Made by a program: the position numbers and the translations under genes | DNA from: Octopus bimaculoides | Taxonomy: Eukaryota | NCBI RefSeq assembly: GCF_001194135.2 | Contig: NC_069002.1 | Span: forward strand, 18,216,536-18,252,346 | DNA length: 35,811 nucleotides | Direction: 5' to 3' | In this document: piece after piece, positions 34,352-35,811 of the stretch | How positions within the stretch are numbered: the first letter of the stretch is position 1 | Layout of the letters: each line of letters starts with the position of its first letter | The notes under the pieces: generated by a model | What the model was told of the DNA's origin: nothing | Seen by the model: only the letters and a program-made list of their open reading frames with translations | Databases searched by the model: none

Positions 34352-34520
34352 GACGCAACGAAAATTTTAGGAAAATATCAATAAGTAAATGAGTGGAAAC
34401 TTTACCGGTAAATGTGTTAAATAATACGCACTAAAAGAAAATGACTCTCCCCAGACAACAAAATATGCTTCAAAACACGAACTCACATAAAAAATCTTGT
34501 GAACCAAATCCCCAAACGAA
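34345..34520 (+). mobile_element. Penelope-like 3' tail fragment
   Basis: AAGACGCAACGAAAATTTTAGGAAAAT...GAAAATGACTCTCCCCAGACA is shared with 3419-3529, which follows the GIY-YIG remnant. Confidence 0.7.
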
Positions 34521-34691
34521 ATATATATATATATATATANNNNNNNNNNNNNNNNNNNNNNNNNNNNNNNNNNNNNNNNNNNNNNNNNNNNNNNNNNNNN
34601 NNNNNNNNNNNNNNNNNNNNNNNNNNNNNNNNNNNNNNNNNNNNNNNNNNNNNNNNNNNNNNNNNNNNNNNNNNNNNNNNNNNNNTATATA

Positions 34692-35562
34692 TAAGTGGTC
34701 TGATTAATAAGTATGCCGACTATTAGCATAGTAACGAAGCTAAAGCACACAATGTGAAGCCGCTTGGCACAGATTGACCTTAAACACTGCTGTGCGTTGG
34801 CACTAAATCTTAACGTTCTAGCTGACTTATGCTATTTACAGCAGTGCAGTGCTTGGAAGGAAGGTGTGCAGCGTGTGATCGCATTGACCATGAGAGAGAA
34901 ATTTGTGCAGAGAATCTGCATCGAATTTTGCCAAAAGCTTGGCGGTAACTGCTCAGAGGCCTACGCAAAGTTTTCAAAAAGTTTTCATCGTACTCGACAC
35001 AGTCTGAAGTCCGAGTGTCTCTTTGGTCAGGTGAAAGCAGTTTTGGCACAAACTTGGCAGATACGCGTCTCATACCCAAATTTTCAGTGATGATGAATTG
35101 AACCTAACCGTAACTAATCTGCATATCATTTGATAACTCACAGATAGTGATTCGATGATTTCCCCTCACAGCTGCACGCACATTTGCGATATTTTTCTCA
35201 GTTCTGCTGGTTGCGGATCTCCCAGAACGTTCGTCAGTATCGGAATTTTTTCCGGCCCTCTTGGAAACGTCTGAACCACTCGTACATTTGTGTGTAGCTC
35301 ATACACTTCTCTCCATACACTTTCTGCAACTTTGCGTAGGCTTCTGAACAGGTATCGCCATGACAACTTTCTCTGTCATGGTCACACGCGACACACCTTC
35401 CTTCCAAGTACTGCAATAAACAGCGGAAGTGAATTAAAGCATTAGAACTTACTGCGCATGCACAGCACATTTCAAGGTCAATATTTGCGAAGCGACTTCA
35501 CTCTGCGTAGTTTAGCATCGTTACTATAGCAACAGCCAGGCTACTCATTGATCAGACCTCTA

Positions 35563-35565
<3 letters not shown>
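34692..35565. mobile_element. Two inverted 5' portions of one mariner family, bounded by (TA)n
   Basis: + arm: GGTCTGATTAATAAGTA...MREKFVQRICIEFCQKLG.NCSEAYAK. Minus arm: GGTCTGATCAATGAGTA...CSEAYAKLQKVYGEKCMSYTQMYEWFRRFQEGR and GMRRVSAKFVPKLLSPDQ. Confidence 0.8.
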
Positions 35566-35600
<35 letters not shown>

Positions 35601-35811
35601 TGATTTTACATCGAATTATTATGAATTTTTACTGATATTTGATAACATGAGATATATCGAAACCGATAATATCTTCTTTGTATAATTTTTTAATATTTTT
35701 AAAATTAAATTCCTTCTTAAATTGAAATGTTTTTCGACTTACTTCTGTGCTATTTCCACTTCCATCTTTTATATATATGTTTTACATATATATTTAAAAT
35801 ACAGAGATGCC

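Overview
AT-rich, repeat-dense animal genomic DNA from a gapped draft assembly. The SINE, LINE and microsatellite content looks like an octopod cephalopod (inference, probably Octopus). There are no prokaryotic features and no CRISPR, rRNA or true tRNA genes; most ORF-track entries are microsatellite, N-gap or decayed-transposon artefacts. One host gene is supported: the 3' end of a + strand spliced gene whose three phase-compatible exons (22516-22637, 27160-27228, 30187-30392) encode a MIB/IAP-type C3HC4 RING finger followed by a C-terminal death domain. The intron segment leading into the middle exon is tandemly duplicated, leaving a degenerate exon copy at 25751. The rest is transposon debris: Penelope-like, RTE, RTE-X, CR1-like, R4/Dong-like and HERO-like retroelements, two tRNA-SINE families, mariner, hAT, Chapaev3-like and Helitron-like DNA elements, and MITEs. 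The most unusual signal is a compact candidate hammerhead ribozyme (minus strand, about 7213-7274) whose three core strands occur in a non-circularly permuted order.
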